Shown here: positions 50,407 through 59,463 of the stretch, piece by piece
Position numbering within the stretch: the first letter of the stretch is position 1
Layout: every line of letters starts with the position of its first letter
DNA from: an uncultured virus (IMG/VR IMGVR_UViG_3300031788_000008)
Lineage: Duplodnaviria; Heunggongvirae; Uroviricota; Caudoviricetes
Strand: one strand, 5' to 3'
DNA length: 64,000 nt
Virus record (IMG/VR): IMGVR_UViG_3300031788_000008
Span: 1-64,000 of that record
The notes under the pieces: generated by a model
Seen by the model: only the letters and a program-made list of their open reading frames with translations
Databases searched by the model: none
What the model was told of the DNA's origin: nothing
Position numbers and translations under genes: made by a program

Positions 50407-50706
50407 ATGTCAGAAATAACACAAGAAAATCTAAAGAAAATTCAAGCCAGGGTAAAGGCCTTACAGAGCAGTAGAGACGAAATCATTGGAACTCTTAAGG
50501 TTCAGGAGAGCAAAAGAGATGAAGCTTATGTTAAACTGAAAGAGTTGGGTATCGCTAACCCTGAAAAAATGACGGCGAAAGAACTACAAGCACTGGCTGA
50601 TCAAAAGAAAAATGAATTAGCAGAAAAAATAGACGCTTTGAATGATCAGCTGGCGCAGGGCGAGAAGTTGATTCAACAATACGAAGAATTGCAACAGGAG
50701 AATTAA
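50407..50706 (+). CDS. coiled-coil hypothetical protein
   Basis: 99-aa heptad-rich ORF with AGGA RBS. Confidence 0.65.
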   Translation: MSEITQENLKKIQARVKALQSSRDEIIGTLKVQESKRDEAYVKLKELGIANPEKMTAKELQALADQKKNELAEKIDALNDQLAQGEKLIQQYEELQQEN

Positions 50707-50707
50707 T

Positions 50708-51259
50708 ATGTCAATAATACCGATGGTAAAACCAGCCGTGGTAGAAAAGCAACCGGATGGCACATATGTGGTAAGAATTCAGCATACTGAAGGGGGAGAT
50801 GTATCTCAAGTTTCTTTTGGTCACTGGACTTTTGGAGAATCCCTAGCAAATGCTTATGCAGCCTTCATTAACGGAGCTTCAAATATAGATTCAAAAATAG
50901 ATAAACTGGCTTCTGAGATGGAAGCCGCGGCACCAGATGCTAAGGCTGATATTAAAAAGGCTACGGAACTAGCTCAGGATCAAGCTAAAGTTATTATCGC
51001 TGATGCTAAGGTAGAAGCGGATAAGCTTGTGGCAGCGGCTAAAGAAGAAATCGTAAAGGTAACAGCAAATGCTGAAGCTTTTTATGAAGATACAAAAAAT
51101 GAAGCTCGTCAACTTTTAACTGAAGCCCGATCGGAAGCAGCTAAAATATTAGCTAAAGCTGCGGAAGCTGTAAAGCCTCTTGTACCAGATCCAGTACCGT
51201 TCCCCACTAAACCAACAAAGCCATCAAAGTCAACTAAGCCAGAAATTGATGAGGAATAA
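50708..51259 (+). CDS. Ala/Lys/Glu-rich helical-repeat protein
   Basis: Approximately 11-residue repeats (AKVIIADAKVEADKLVAAAKEE, ARQLLTEARSEAAKILAKA); Pro/Lys tail. Confidence 0.6.
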   Translation: MSIIPMVKPAVVEKQPDGTYVVRIQHTEGGDVSQVSFGHWTFGESLANAYAAFINGASNIDSKIDKLASEMEAAAPDAKADIKKATELAQDQAKVIIADAKVEADKLVAAAKEEIVKVTANAEAFYEDTKNEARQLLTEARSEAAKILAKAAEAVKPLVPDPVPFPTKPTKPSKSTKPEIDEE

Positions 51260-51285
51260 TGTCGATTTTACCGGAGTTGTTTTAA

Positions 51286-51837
51286 ATGGACGATAAAACC
51301 CCGTTTGGTAAAATGGTTTATCTAGCATCGCCATATACCCACGAAAACAGAGAAGTAGAAACAGAGCGCTTCATCGCGGCTGTTAAAGCTTGTGGGTGGT
51401 TGATGGTTAACATTTCAGATGTTCAAATGATTTACTCTCCCATCGCTCATACACATCCTATCGCTGATGTATGTACTCTTCCTGGTTTTTGGAGTTTTTG
51501 GGAAGCTTGCGATAAATGTATGCTCTCACGCTGTGATGAAATTTGGATTCTCACGCTCGATGGTTGGGAGACCTCTACGGGAGTAACAGCAGAACGGCAG
51601 ATTGCTTCGGAGTACGGATTGAAAGAAAAATTCGTGGTTCCTCAATCTGATGGTGGATATGCAGTGGAGGCTTACGAGAAAAAACAAAAAATAAAAGGTA
51701 GATCATTTCTTGGATTTCATTTACATGACTGGTCTAAATGGGAAGTTGTAAATAGAGGTGAAATTAGATCCGGGATAAAACAAAAGAGAGTTTGTTTAAC
51801 CTGCAATACAAAGCAAGTTGATATAGAGTGGGTATAA
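51286..51837 (+). CDS. DUF1937-type nucleoside deoxyribosyltransferase-like protein with C-terminal Zn-ribbon-like extension
   Basis: VYLASPYTH, YSPIAHTH, MLSRCDEIWILTLDGWETSTGVTAE; tail HDWSKW...CxxC. Confidence 0.7.
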   Translation: MDDKTPFGKMVYLASPYTHENREVETERFIAAVKACGWLMVNISDVQMIYSPIAHTHPIADVCTLPGFWSFWEACDKCMLSRCDEIWILTLDGWETSTGVTAERQIASEYGLKEKFVVPQSDGGYAVEAYEKKQKIKGRSFLGFHLHDWSKWEVVNRGEIRSGIKQKRVCLTCNTKQVDIEWV

Positions 51838-52070
51838 AGGTGCATAAATATTTACGAATACCTTCTTCCAAACGCATAGAAATGCTCAAAAGTAATATTA
51901 GTATCTGTGAAAACACTCTTCAGCATGTCAATAATTGCATCGAATGTCAAGAAGCTAAAGATGAAGAATTGTGCCCTTTGGGTCAAAAGATGTTTGATGA
52001 ATTTTTAGTATCCCAAGCTCGTTGTAAATATTTAAACTTGATTGGAGAAAATGCTGATGTCATTTTTTAA
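51828..52070 (+). CDS. hypothetical protein
   Basis: 80 aa with HxxxCxxC...C. Confidence 0.45.
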   Translation: MGIKVHKYLRIPSSKRIEMLKSNISICENTLQHVNNCIECQEAKDEELCPLGQKMFDEFLVSQARCKYLNLIGENADVIF

Positions 52071-52356
52071 TGAATTTCATATAGCGGATGAAAAAACATG
52101 CAAAGCTCGCTGGAGTTGCGGCAAACCTGGGTTGTTGTTTTTCTGTGCCTTTTGTGGGTATAAGTTCGTTGTTGGAGATGAATATCGAGTAACTTATACG
52201 AATGACACTGATGCTGGTGGTAATCCCCTTACATGTAGACCTTGTGATACTAAATTTGGTGGTTTAGACGGGTGCCGTAAAGTTTGGATAGAAATGAATG
52301 AAGAATACCGTACCAAGTTCAAGTATTTCTACTACAGAGATTTGTATGGTGATTAA
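52057..52356 (+). CDS. Zn-finger-like hypothetical protein
   Basis: CxxC...CxxC; ATG after GGAG at about 52051-52057. Confidence 0.5.
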   Translation: MSFFNEFHIADEKTCKARWSCGKPGLLFFCAFCGYKFVVGDEYRVTYTNDTDAGGNPLTCRPCDTKFGGLDGCRKVWIEMNEEYRTKFKYFYYRDLYGD

Positions 52357-53353
52357 ACTCCAAGATCCAAAAAACAGAGTAAACTTAGTTTGGTCAACTG
52401 ACTGGCACCTTACTGACATCCCACCCGCTAGGCGTAAAGATGATTATCGTAACGCTATCTTAGCAAAAATAGAATTCATTCGTGATCTAGTAGAAAAACT
52501 TAACGGAGCCGGTTTATGTGGAGGTGACGTTTTTCACTATAAAATCCCTAAACATGCTGGAAACAGCATCCGTTTGATTATCGATTTGATGCACGCTTTA
52601 AGAAAGTTTCCTCAGGGTAAAGTATTTGGTTCCATTGGAAACCATGATTTATCCTGGGATCGTATGGATACACTACCTCGTCAACCATTGGGTTTATTGA
52701 TCGCTGTAGGCGCTTACCATGACCTGAATACTGAACCTGTTATTTTTACTAATGCTGATGATACTGTACGAGTATCCGTTGAAACTTTTCCATTTGCTGA
52801 AGGGGATGTTACGATTCAAAATATCAAAAACGCGGATCCTAGGCAACCTCATGTAGACCATAGAATAGGCATTGTACACGCTTACGGGTATCCTGGAGAC
52901 GCTGGTTCAATGTTTGGCACCCGAAAAATAGGCTATAATGAATTGATTGGTACAGACTTTGATATACTGCTGTGGGGGCATGATCATTCAAGACATGAAA
53001 CTATAGAAGTGGGCGGCTGCACCCATATAAATTTGGGGAGTTTGGCTCGTGCAGCGTTTACTTATGATGAGGTTGAACGCCCAGTGTGCGCAGCTATTCT
53101 TTCCTTTGAACCAAGCGGTGCTTTCAAATATGGAGAAAAAGAAATTCCGGTGAAACCCTTGCAAATAGCTTTTGCAGCCGCAGATAAGGGTGTAGAGCAA
53201 ATAGCAAAGTCTGATGATATCACTTCGTTTTTTGCGGATATGGATGCTGCGGTACAGGGAATTGAAGTCAATGATCCTAAAGTAGTTATTAAAGAGTTGT
53301 GTGCTGGGGATATCAATTTAGAGAATTTGATTTTAGAGCTGTGTGATTTATAA
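52346..53353 (+). CDS. SbcD/Mre11 (gp47-like) metallophosphoesterase nuclease
   Basis: TDWH, GGDVFH, GNHD, VH, GHDH, NLGSL motifs. Confidence 0.9.
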   Translation: MVIKLQDPKNRVNLVWSTDWHLTDIPPARRKDDYRNAILAKIEFIRDLVEKLNGAGLCGGDVFHYKIPKHAGNSIRLIIDLMHALRKFPQGKVFGSIGNHDLSWDRMDTLPRQPLGLLIAVGAYHDLNTEPVIFTNADDTVRVSVETFPFAEGDVTIQNIKNADPRQPHVDHRIGIVHAYGYPGDAGSMFGTRKIGYNELIGTDFDILLWGHDHSRHETIEVGGCTHINLGSLARAAFTYDEVERPVCAAILSFEPSGAFKYGEKEIPVKPLQIAFAAADKGVEQIAKSDDITSFFADMDAAVQGIEVNDPKVVIKELCAGDINLENLILELCDL

Positions 53354-53374
53354 ACACTAAGCATCCCTCTTAAC

Positions 53375-53596
53375 ATGGAGACTCGCCGCAGCGATGTAGT
53401 GGAAGAACGAGTATATAAGGCGGCTTGGCATATACTCATAGCTGGAATTGGTTTTTACGAATTTCGTCACCATCGGACAACTGCCTCCAAAGTATTGGCC
53501 TGTGGGTTAATGGCTTTTCATGTTGATGGAGCAATATCCGATATTCTGGACTCCAAACCCCTATCTCAAAGACTTTTAGATCGTATTCTTCGCTAG
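53375..53596 (+). CDS. small putative membrane protein
   Basis: 73 aa with two short hydrophobic segments. Confidence 0.45.
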   Translation: METRRSDVVEERVYKAAWHILIAGIGFYEFRHHRTTASKVLACGLMAFHVDGAISDILDSKPLSQRLLDRILR

Positions 53597-53636
53597 TCTT
53601 CCAATCCTTGGTATTAACAATCTGAAAGGATTTTTT

Positions 53637-53993
53637 ATGCTTGAAAAAGTTAAGTATGATGCTACACCTCAACCTTTACCAGTGGGAGGAACTATAGATG
53701 TAGCAATTGAAGTTGCAAAAGACCTAAAAGTGATGGGGCTAGAAAACATTGCAGAATGTGTTGAAGCTCGTATTCGCTTAGGTGAAAAAAAGTATGGAAC
53801 TCGTTTAAAAGCGCATAATGGTAGAGACGCAATGACCGATTTATTTGAGGAACTTCTCGATGCTTTGAACTATTCAAAACAAATTCAACTTGAAAGTACT
53901 AATGGCGACACTTATTTTTACCCAGAACTTCTTAAATTAGTCATTAAGGTTAAAGCCAGTCTTGACCTAAAACATTCAACTAAAGTAGAATAA
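53637..53993 (+). CDS. all-alpha NTP-pyrophosphatase (MazG-like) family-like protein
   Basis: RIRLGEKKYGT...DLFEELLDALNY (EExxD motif). Confidence 0.5.
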   Translation: MLEKVKYDATPQPLPVGGTIDVAIEVAKDLKVMGLENIAECVEARIRLGEKKYGTRLKAHNGRDAMTDLFEELLDALNYSKQIQLESTNGDTYFYPELLKLVIKVKASLDLKHSTKVE

Positions 53994-54007
53994 AACCAGG
54001 AGGAAAT

Positions 54008-56179
54008 ATGAATCGTATTGTATCCGCACTTATCGTTTTTGTATTATTTGTAACCCCAGTTTTTGCTAGAAACCATCCATTGAAACGTCATGTCCGCAAA
54101 GAAGTTACATCGGCTGCTCGTGTAAGTGACCTTCCAGCAGATCGTCAATTGATTATGGCTATTATGTTGCCTCTCCGCAATGAGTCAACTTTAACAGCTC
54201 TTTTACAGCAAATAAACACCCCATCAAGTCCTTTGTATCACCAGTTTCTAACGCCTGAACAATTCACTAAAGAGTTTGGTCCAACGGAACAGGATTATCA
54301 AGCGGTAGTTCGTTTTGCTATAAAGCAGGGGTTTTTTGTGTACAAACAACACACTAATCGTATACTTGTTGATATCACTGGATCTACAGCACAAATAGAA
54401 AAAGCTTTCAATGTAAAAATGGGGTTATATAAACATCCTATTGAAAATCGTAATTTTTATTCTCCAGATGTAGAACCGTCTCTTGATTTAGATGTTCCAA
54501 TCTATCGTATTGCTGGTTTAAATAATTTCTCTATTCCTAGTCGTAGATTGATTAAGCGTTCATTTAACGCTCGTCTATCAGATGTAGTTGCAGGGTCTGG
54601 TCCTAGCGGTTCTTTCCGTCCATCGGATATGCGAGCGGCATATTATGGATCAGGTACTTTGACAGGTACCGGTCAATCTGTGGGCATGTTAGAGTTCGAT
54701 GGTTATAATATCGCAGATGTAAATTCTGATATGGGGGGTGTTGCTTATACCGTACCTGTACAGAATATTCTTGTCGATGGTGCAAGTGCTGGCTCTGATG
54801 GAGATGATGGAGAGCAAGCTTTGGATATCGCTCAAGCTATCGGTATGGCACCGGGGTTAACTTCTGTACGGGTTTACATCGCCCCAGGCAATTCCGCCAT
54901 AGGTACCGGAGATGTGGATATTTTTAATCAAATGGCTGTGGACAACATTTCCAAACAATTGAGTTGTTCTTGGGGTTGGAGTCCCGATGATATAACTGAT
55001 GATGACCCTATTTTTAAAGAATTCGCAGCACAGGGTCAAAATCTTTTTGTAGCCTCTGGAGATGCTGGTAAGTATACGGGAAATAACAATAATGATAGCA
55101 GCTACCCAGCTGAAGATCCGTATGTTGTAGCTGTTGGCGGTACGGATTTAACTACAAATGGTGCTGGAGGAACTTGGCAAACAGAAACGGCTTGGTCGGA
55201 TAGCAGTGGTGGTCCAGCGGACGATGGTTTTGCAATTCCTAGCTGGCAAGTAGGAGTAGCAAATTCTAATGGTGCTTCTACAGCAATTCGTAATGTTCCG
55301 GATGTTGCCGCAGAAGCAAATTTCGATAATATTATGTGTGATGATGGCGCTTGCACTTACAATCAAACTGGGGGTACTAGCTATGCTGCGCCTCGCTGGG
55401 CTGGCTATATGGCTTTAGTGAATCAGCAGAACATGACTAATCATGGTACTACTTTAGGTTTCTTGAATCCCTTGATTTATCCCATTGGTTTCGGTGCTGC
55501 GTACACTATTAATTTTCACGATATTACAAGCGGGAGCAATGGGCATCCGGCTACTGTTGGGTATGATATGGTAACTGGTTGGGGTAGTCCTAATGGGGCA
55601 ACTTTAATCAATACTTTAACAGGCGCTCCAACCGGAGTAGGATTACAAGCAACTTATAATCCAACCTATAAAACTCCAGCATGTACAGTTGTCAGTAATT
55701 CCTGTGATTCAGGCCCAACTCTACTTTTAGGTCGCGGAAATGTGCATAACGGTGCGGAACAAAATCACCCCAATACAATCAATAACTCTTGCGGGGATGG
55801 GAACTCGGGGGTATTTCACTCCTATGAATCAAATGATCGCCTTGCGGTAGCTTCTGTATCTGGTGGGTTGTTAACCGCGGGTACAAAAGCAACGATAACA
55901 GCCACAGTATGGGCTCGAAAGGATTTTGAAAGCGATTCTCTTGACCTTTACGTTACTTCAAATGTTGTAAATCCTACTTGGGTTTATATCGCTACGCTTA
56001 AGCCCACTAAAGATGCACAAAATATTTTATCGACTACATTTACTCTCCCAGCCTCCGGCAATTTACAAGCTGTACGAGCACATTTTCGATATGAGGGACA
56101 TGTGAATCCATCGGCTTGTGGTAATTCTTCTGGTGGAGAGTATGATGATTATGATGATTTAGTTTTTGCGGTGAATTAA
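54008..56179 (+). CDS. secreted S53 (sedolisin/kumamolisin) serine protease with pro-domain
   Basis: Signal peptide; pro-kumamolisin domain (SPLYHQFLTPEQF..FGP); catalytic EQALD, SCSWG, ASGDAG, RNVPDVAA, GGTSYAAP; Ca-site GYDMVTGWGSP; AGGAGG RBS. Confidence 0.92.
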   Translation: MNRIVSALIVFVLFVTPVFARNHPLKRHVRKEVTSAARVSDLPADRQLIMAIMLPLRNESTLTALLQQINTPSSPLYHQFLTPEQFTKEFGPTEQDYQAVVRFAIKQGFFVYKQHTNRILVDITGSTAQIEKAFNVKMGLYKHPIENRNFYSPDVEPSLDLDVPIYRIAGLNNFSIPSRRLIKRSFNARLSDVVAGSGPSGSFRPSDMRAAYYGSGTLTGTGQSVGMLEFDGYNIADVNSDMGGVAYTVPVQNILVDGASAGSDGDDGEQALDIAQAIGMAPGLTSVRVYIAPGNSAIGTGDVDIFNQMAVDNISKQLSCSWGWSPDDITDDDPIFKEFAAQGQNLFVASGDAGKYTGNNNNDSSYPAEDPYVVAVGGTDLTTNGAGGTWQTETAWSDSSGGPADDGFAIPSWQVGVANSNGASTAIRNVPDVAAEANFDNIMCDDGACTYNQTGGTSYAAPRWAGYMALVNQQNMTNHGTTLGFLNPLIYPIGFGAAYTINFHDITSGSNGHPATVGYDMVTGWGSPNGATLINTLTGAPTGVGLQATYNPTYKTPACTVVSNSCDSGPTLLLGRGNVHNGAEQNHPNTINNSCGDGNSGVFHSYESNDRLAVASVSGGLLTAGTKATITATVWARKDFESDSLDLYVTSNVVNPTWVYIATLKPTKDAQNILSTTFTLPASGNLQAVRAHFRYEGHVNPSACGNSSGGEYDDYDDLVFAVN

Positions 56180-56186
56180 CCAGAGC

Positions 56187-56262
56187 GCTCTTGTAGCTCA
56201 GTGTAGAGCATTCCGTGTGCAACGGAAGGGTCGGATGGTTCAACTCCATCCCAAGGGCTCCA
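56187..56262 (+). tRNA. atypical tRNA-like element (identity unclear; Cys/Ala-like pseudo-tRNA)
   Basis: Acceptor GCTCTTG/CAAGGGC plus T-CCA; D stem GCTC/GAGC; anticodon stem TTCCG/CGGAA with loop TGTGCAA; T loop TTCAACT on a 6-bp stem. Confidence 0.65.
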
Positions 56263-56267
56263 AATTT

Positions 56268-57233
56268 ATGAAGGAAATCTATGAACGAGTAGCGGCAGAT
56301 TTCGCAGAGAAAATTGACCATCTGTTTGAATCTGAAAAATCCCTAGAGACCACATTTAAACAGTATTACGAAGGTTTGCCCTTTGATCGTACAGAGCACT
56401 GGAGCGGTATCATCCACAAAATTTTATCTGATTCCTGGAAAGACAAAGGACCTGAAGTAAAGTGTGAACCTACAGGAATGGATAAACTTCAAATTATGCG
56501 TTATCTTCATCATCTTCTGGATTACAATATTTTTACTCAAGTACTTCTCAATCTCCAAGGATACACCGGTATGTTTTATATGACCGGAGATGCCCAAGCT
56601 GAGATTGAGCGAATGAAATCAGCATGGTCTTCAGCATACAAACTTGACCCCTTTGCTCCAAAGGCTAAAATGCTGAAACAGGCTGAAGCGATTACCGAAG
56701 AACAAAAACAATACAATCAAACTATCAGTGCTCTTCGTGCCCTGCGTATCATCACTCAGTTTACTCCACAAATTAGCTTCAGAGTGAGCCCAAAAGGGTC
56801 TACACCGGCCTTCGCAGACAGTCGTAATATCAGTATGATAGGGTTGGGGGGAGATCGCTTTCTTAAAACGATATCATCCCTCAAACCGTATTACATTACT
56901 TGGAATCAAGTTCCTCAAATAGCCCAATTTATCGGGATTACCACACCACCAGGGCACGATGTTCCTGTCTCTACATTTAAAGCAGACGGCATATCATATG
57001 AATTCCATTCAAAATCTGGTGGAGAAGTGATTCAAGATGTTCTTTTTGCTAGAAAAATCATGTATGAAATCTTCCGAGATGTTAATATAACCAGAGAGAC
57101 TTGTATCATGATTCCTCGTATGAATTCTATTTTGATTGTTGGGGATGTAGTATTTGAGAATCTACAAAAGGCATACGAGCGCCTGTACAAGATGTATCCG
57201 GTCATTAGTTTTGTGGATGGGATTCGTGCCTAA
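56268..57233 (+). CDS. hypothetical protein
   Basis: ORF 56217..57233; start moved to ATG 56268 because the upstream part overlaps the tRNA-like element. Confidence 0.7.
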   Translation: MKEIYERVAADFAEKIDHLFESEKSLETTFKQYYEGLPFDRTEHWSGIIHKILSDSWKDKGPEVKCEPTGMDKLQIMRYLHHLLDYNIFTQVLLNLQGYTGMFYMTGDAQAEIERMKSAWSSAYKLDPFAPKAKMLKQAEAITEEQKQYNQTISALRALRIITQFTPQISFRVSPKGSTPAFADSRNISMIGLGGDRFLKTISSLKPYYITWNQVPQIAQFIGITTPPGHDVPVSTFKADGISYEFHSKSGGEVIQDVLFARKIMYEIFRDVNITRETCIMIPRMNSILIVGDVVFENLQKAYERLYKMYPVISFVDGIRA

Positions 57234-57408
57234 AAAATGTAGAATTTATCTCTGTGAAAATCAAGCAACTAACTCTCTTCTGTTTAGTGATGATTCCATA
57301 TCATTTTATTGCGCAAAACATTATGATTCCATAACCAAGCGTTGGCTGAAACAGGCAGCGGAAGACTTAGATTGTTTAAAAGCGGTGAAAAGGAATAAGC
57401 TCAGATGA
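57226..57408 (+). CDS. small Zn-finger-like protein, paralog 1
   Basis: KKCxxxxCEN...FYCAKHYD motif shared with the next two ORFs; GTG start. Confidence 0.6.
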   Translation: MPKKCRIYLCENQATNSLLFSDDSISFYCAKHYDSITKRWLKQAAEDLDCLKAVKRNKLR

Positions 57409-57602
57409 AAAAATGTGATTATACTCGCTGTGAAAATTCAACTGTCGCACATATCGATTATTATAATAGTAATTTAAAATTTTACTGTGCGAAGCATTAT
57501 GATTTAATAGTTAAACATTTGGCCAAATATGCCCAAGACCCCGATGAATGGGGGATTCAAAGGTGGTTTACAGAAATTCTAAGAAGGAACGGGATCAGAT
57601 GA
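57405..57602 (+). CDS. small Zn-finger-like protein, paralog 2
   Basis: MKKCDYTRCENS...FYCAKHYD; ATGA overlaps at both ends. Confidence 0.7.
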   Translation: MKKCDYTRCENSTVAHIDYYNSNLKFYCAKHYDLIVKHLAKYAQDPDEWGIQRWFTEILRRNGIR

Positions 57603-57811
57603 AAAAATGTGACTATAATCGTTGTGAAAATTCAGCTGTCGCACATATCGATTACTGCGGGCAAACAGCTCAGCCAATCTGTGGGCCCGCAGTAAAGTTT
57701 TACTGTGCGAAGCATTATGATTTTATAGTTAAATATTTAGCTAAAGATGCCCTAGACCCCGATGATGATGGGTGGTCTACAAAAATTCTAAGAAGGAACG
57801 GGGTCAGATGA
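57599..57811 (+). CDS. small Zn-finger-like protein, paralog 3
   Basis: MKKCDYNRCENS...FYCAKHYD; near-duplicate of paralog 2 at DNA level. Confidence 0.7.
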   Translation: MKKCDYNRCENSAVAHIDYCGQTAQPICGPAVKFYCAKHYDFIVKYLAKDALDPDDDGWSTKILRRNGVR

Positions 57812-58791
57812 AAAAGATATTTCTGTTGGACACAATGAGTTTTATCTACCGCGCTTATCATGCTGCGGCACATCAGTCCATTATGATGAGTACTAAAGCA
57901 GGATTTCCTACCGGGGCGAGTTATATTTTTTGTAATATGCTTCGTAAATTACAAAAAGATTTTAATCCCGAGTACCTCATCGCCATATGCGACACCCCGG
58001 GCGAAACCTTTAGAGATAAACTATCCCCTGATTATAAGGCCAATCGCAAGGGCGAAACTCCTTACGACTTGGTACGCCAACTTCCTCACATTTTTAAGGC
58101 GATTGAAGCTTACGGCATCTCTAAAATGGAGTTGGCTGGATATGAAGCAGATGATATTATTGGTACCTTGGCGCGTAAAATTTACGCCGAAGATCCTGAA
58201 AATCAAGTATACATTGTGACCGGTGATAAGGATATGTTTCAGTTGGTAAACGACAGAACATTTACCATCAATCCTATGAAAGACTTGGTGTGTGATGTAG
58301 AAAAAGTGACTGAGATTGTGGGTGTGCCCCCAGAACAAGTTGTAGATGTCATGGCTTTACGTGGAGACACCACAGACAATGTGCCCGGAGCCCCGGGAAT
58401 CGGCAAGAAGGGGTCTGTAGACATCATCAAGCAGTTTGGTTCTTTAGAACAAGCTTTTGTACGAGCGGATGAATTGAAGCGTAAATCATATAAAGAGTCC
58501 TTAAAAAATAATCAAGCTCAAATCCTACTCAGCAAACAATTAGTGACCATAGAAATCAATGCTCCCGTAGAACTTAGTATTTCGTCTATGAAAATAGGGG
58601 AAACTAATACTGAAGCTCTGAGTTCTTTATACAAAGAACTAGAGTTCGCCACTCTTTTGAAAAGAGAAGGTTTAGGAGCGCTGCCTGAAATTGTAGATGA
58701 CTTCGCAGAAATCGTACCTCCTGATGACATTCTCACCCAAACCACGATGACCAAAGAAGATGCGGATGATTTGATCGACAGTATTTCATAG
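57808..58791 (+). CDS. 5'-3' exonuclease/flap endonuclease (stand-alone Pol I N-terminal domain)
   Basis: LLDTMSFIYRAYHA, YKANR, GYEADDIIGTLA, VTGDKDMFQLV, LRGDTTDNVPGAPGIGKK (H3TH). Confidence 0.92.
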   Translation: MKKIFLLDTMSFIYRAYHAAAHQSIMMSTKAGFPTGASYIFCNMLRKLQKDFNPEYLIAICDTPGETFRDKLSPDYKANRKGETPYDLVRQLPHIFKAIEAYGISKMELAGYEADDIIGTLARKIYAEDPENQVYIVTGDKDMFQLVNDRTFTINPMKDLVCDVEKVTEIVGVPPEQVVDVMALRGDTTDNVPGAPGIGKKGSVDIIKQFGSLEQAFVRADELKRKSYKESLKNNQAQILLSKQLVTIEINAPVELSISSMKIGETNTEALSSLYKELEFATLLKREGLGALPEIVDDFAEIVPPDDILTQTTMTKEDADDLIDSIS

Positions 58792-58793
58792 AT

Positions 58794-59126
58794 ATGGCTA
58801 AATATAATTGTAGCTGCGGTGAACCAGCGTTTGCTGTTATGTGCGGGGAAGAAGGTTTTCCTGTTTGTTTTGATCATTTTTTCAAACAGATAAAAGAAGA
58901 TGTTGAATATAATTTAAAACAGGCAGTTGGAAATACTGAAAGGTTTCAAATCCATTGTTTTTTCAAGAATGATGAACCTATTTATCTTCCTTTTGCGAGC
59001 TATCTTCAACTAGGAGAGAACCAACACTGCTGGGATAAATCTGATAACTGGAAAGATATTACTCCCTGTAAACATGAGAAATATGGGAACTATATAGTTA
59101 ATATAAGTCCCAGAAATTTCATATAG
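58794..59126 (+). CDS. hypothetical protein
   Basis: 110 aa with CxC...CxxH. Confidence 0.5.
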   Translation: MAKYNCSCGEPAFAVMCGEEGFPVCFDHFFKQIKEDVEYNLKQAVGNTERFQIHCFFKNDEPIYLPFASYLQLGENQHCWDKSDNWKDITPCKHEKYGNYIVNISPRNFI

Positions 59127-59463
59127 CAAAAGCATTCGAGAATGACCCGGTTTATAGCGATGATGACCAGCTTAAATATTGTGATTCCTGTGGAGTAAAT
59201 AAACTACAGGAAAGAAAAGCCCGCGGCAGAATTTTTAATACTGGAAAAAGAAATGATTGATGTTAACATATCGACCTATTAGCGGGTATTGATCAAAATT
59301 AGTTAGGGGTACAAAATCAATCCCGAAATTTTCAGACTTTCAAAATTATATTCATACAACCTTGAAATTTAACCTCACTGTGGTATTATAAATATATAGC
59401 AAACATTTATCGATGAAGCCACTTTATTGTGGTAAACCATAACAATTCAACCCCAGAGGAAAT

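Noticed and set aside
56217..56267. GTG start at 56217 for the 338-aa ORF
   Set aside because: It falls inside the tRNA-like cloverleaf; ATG 56268 is preferred.
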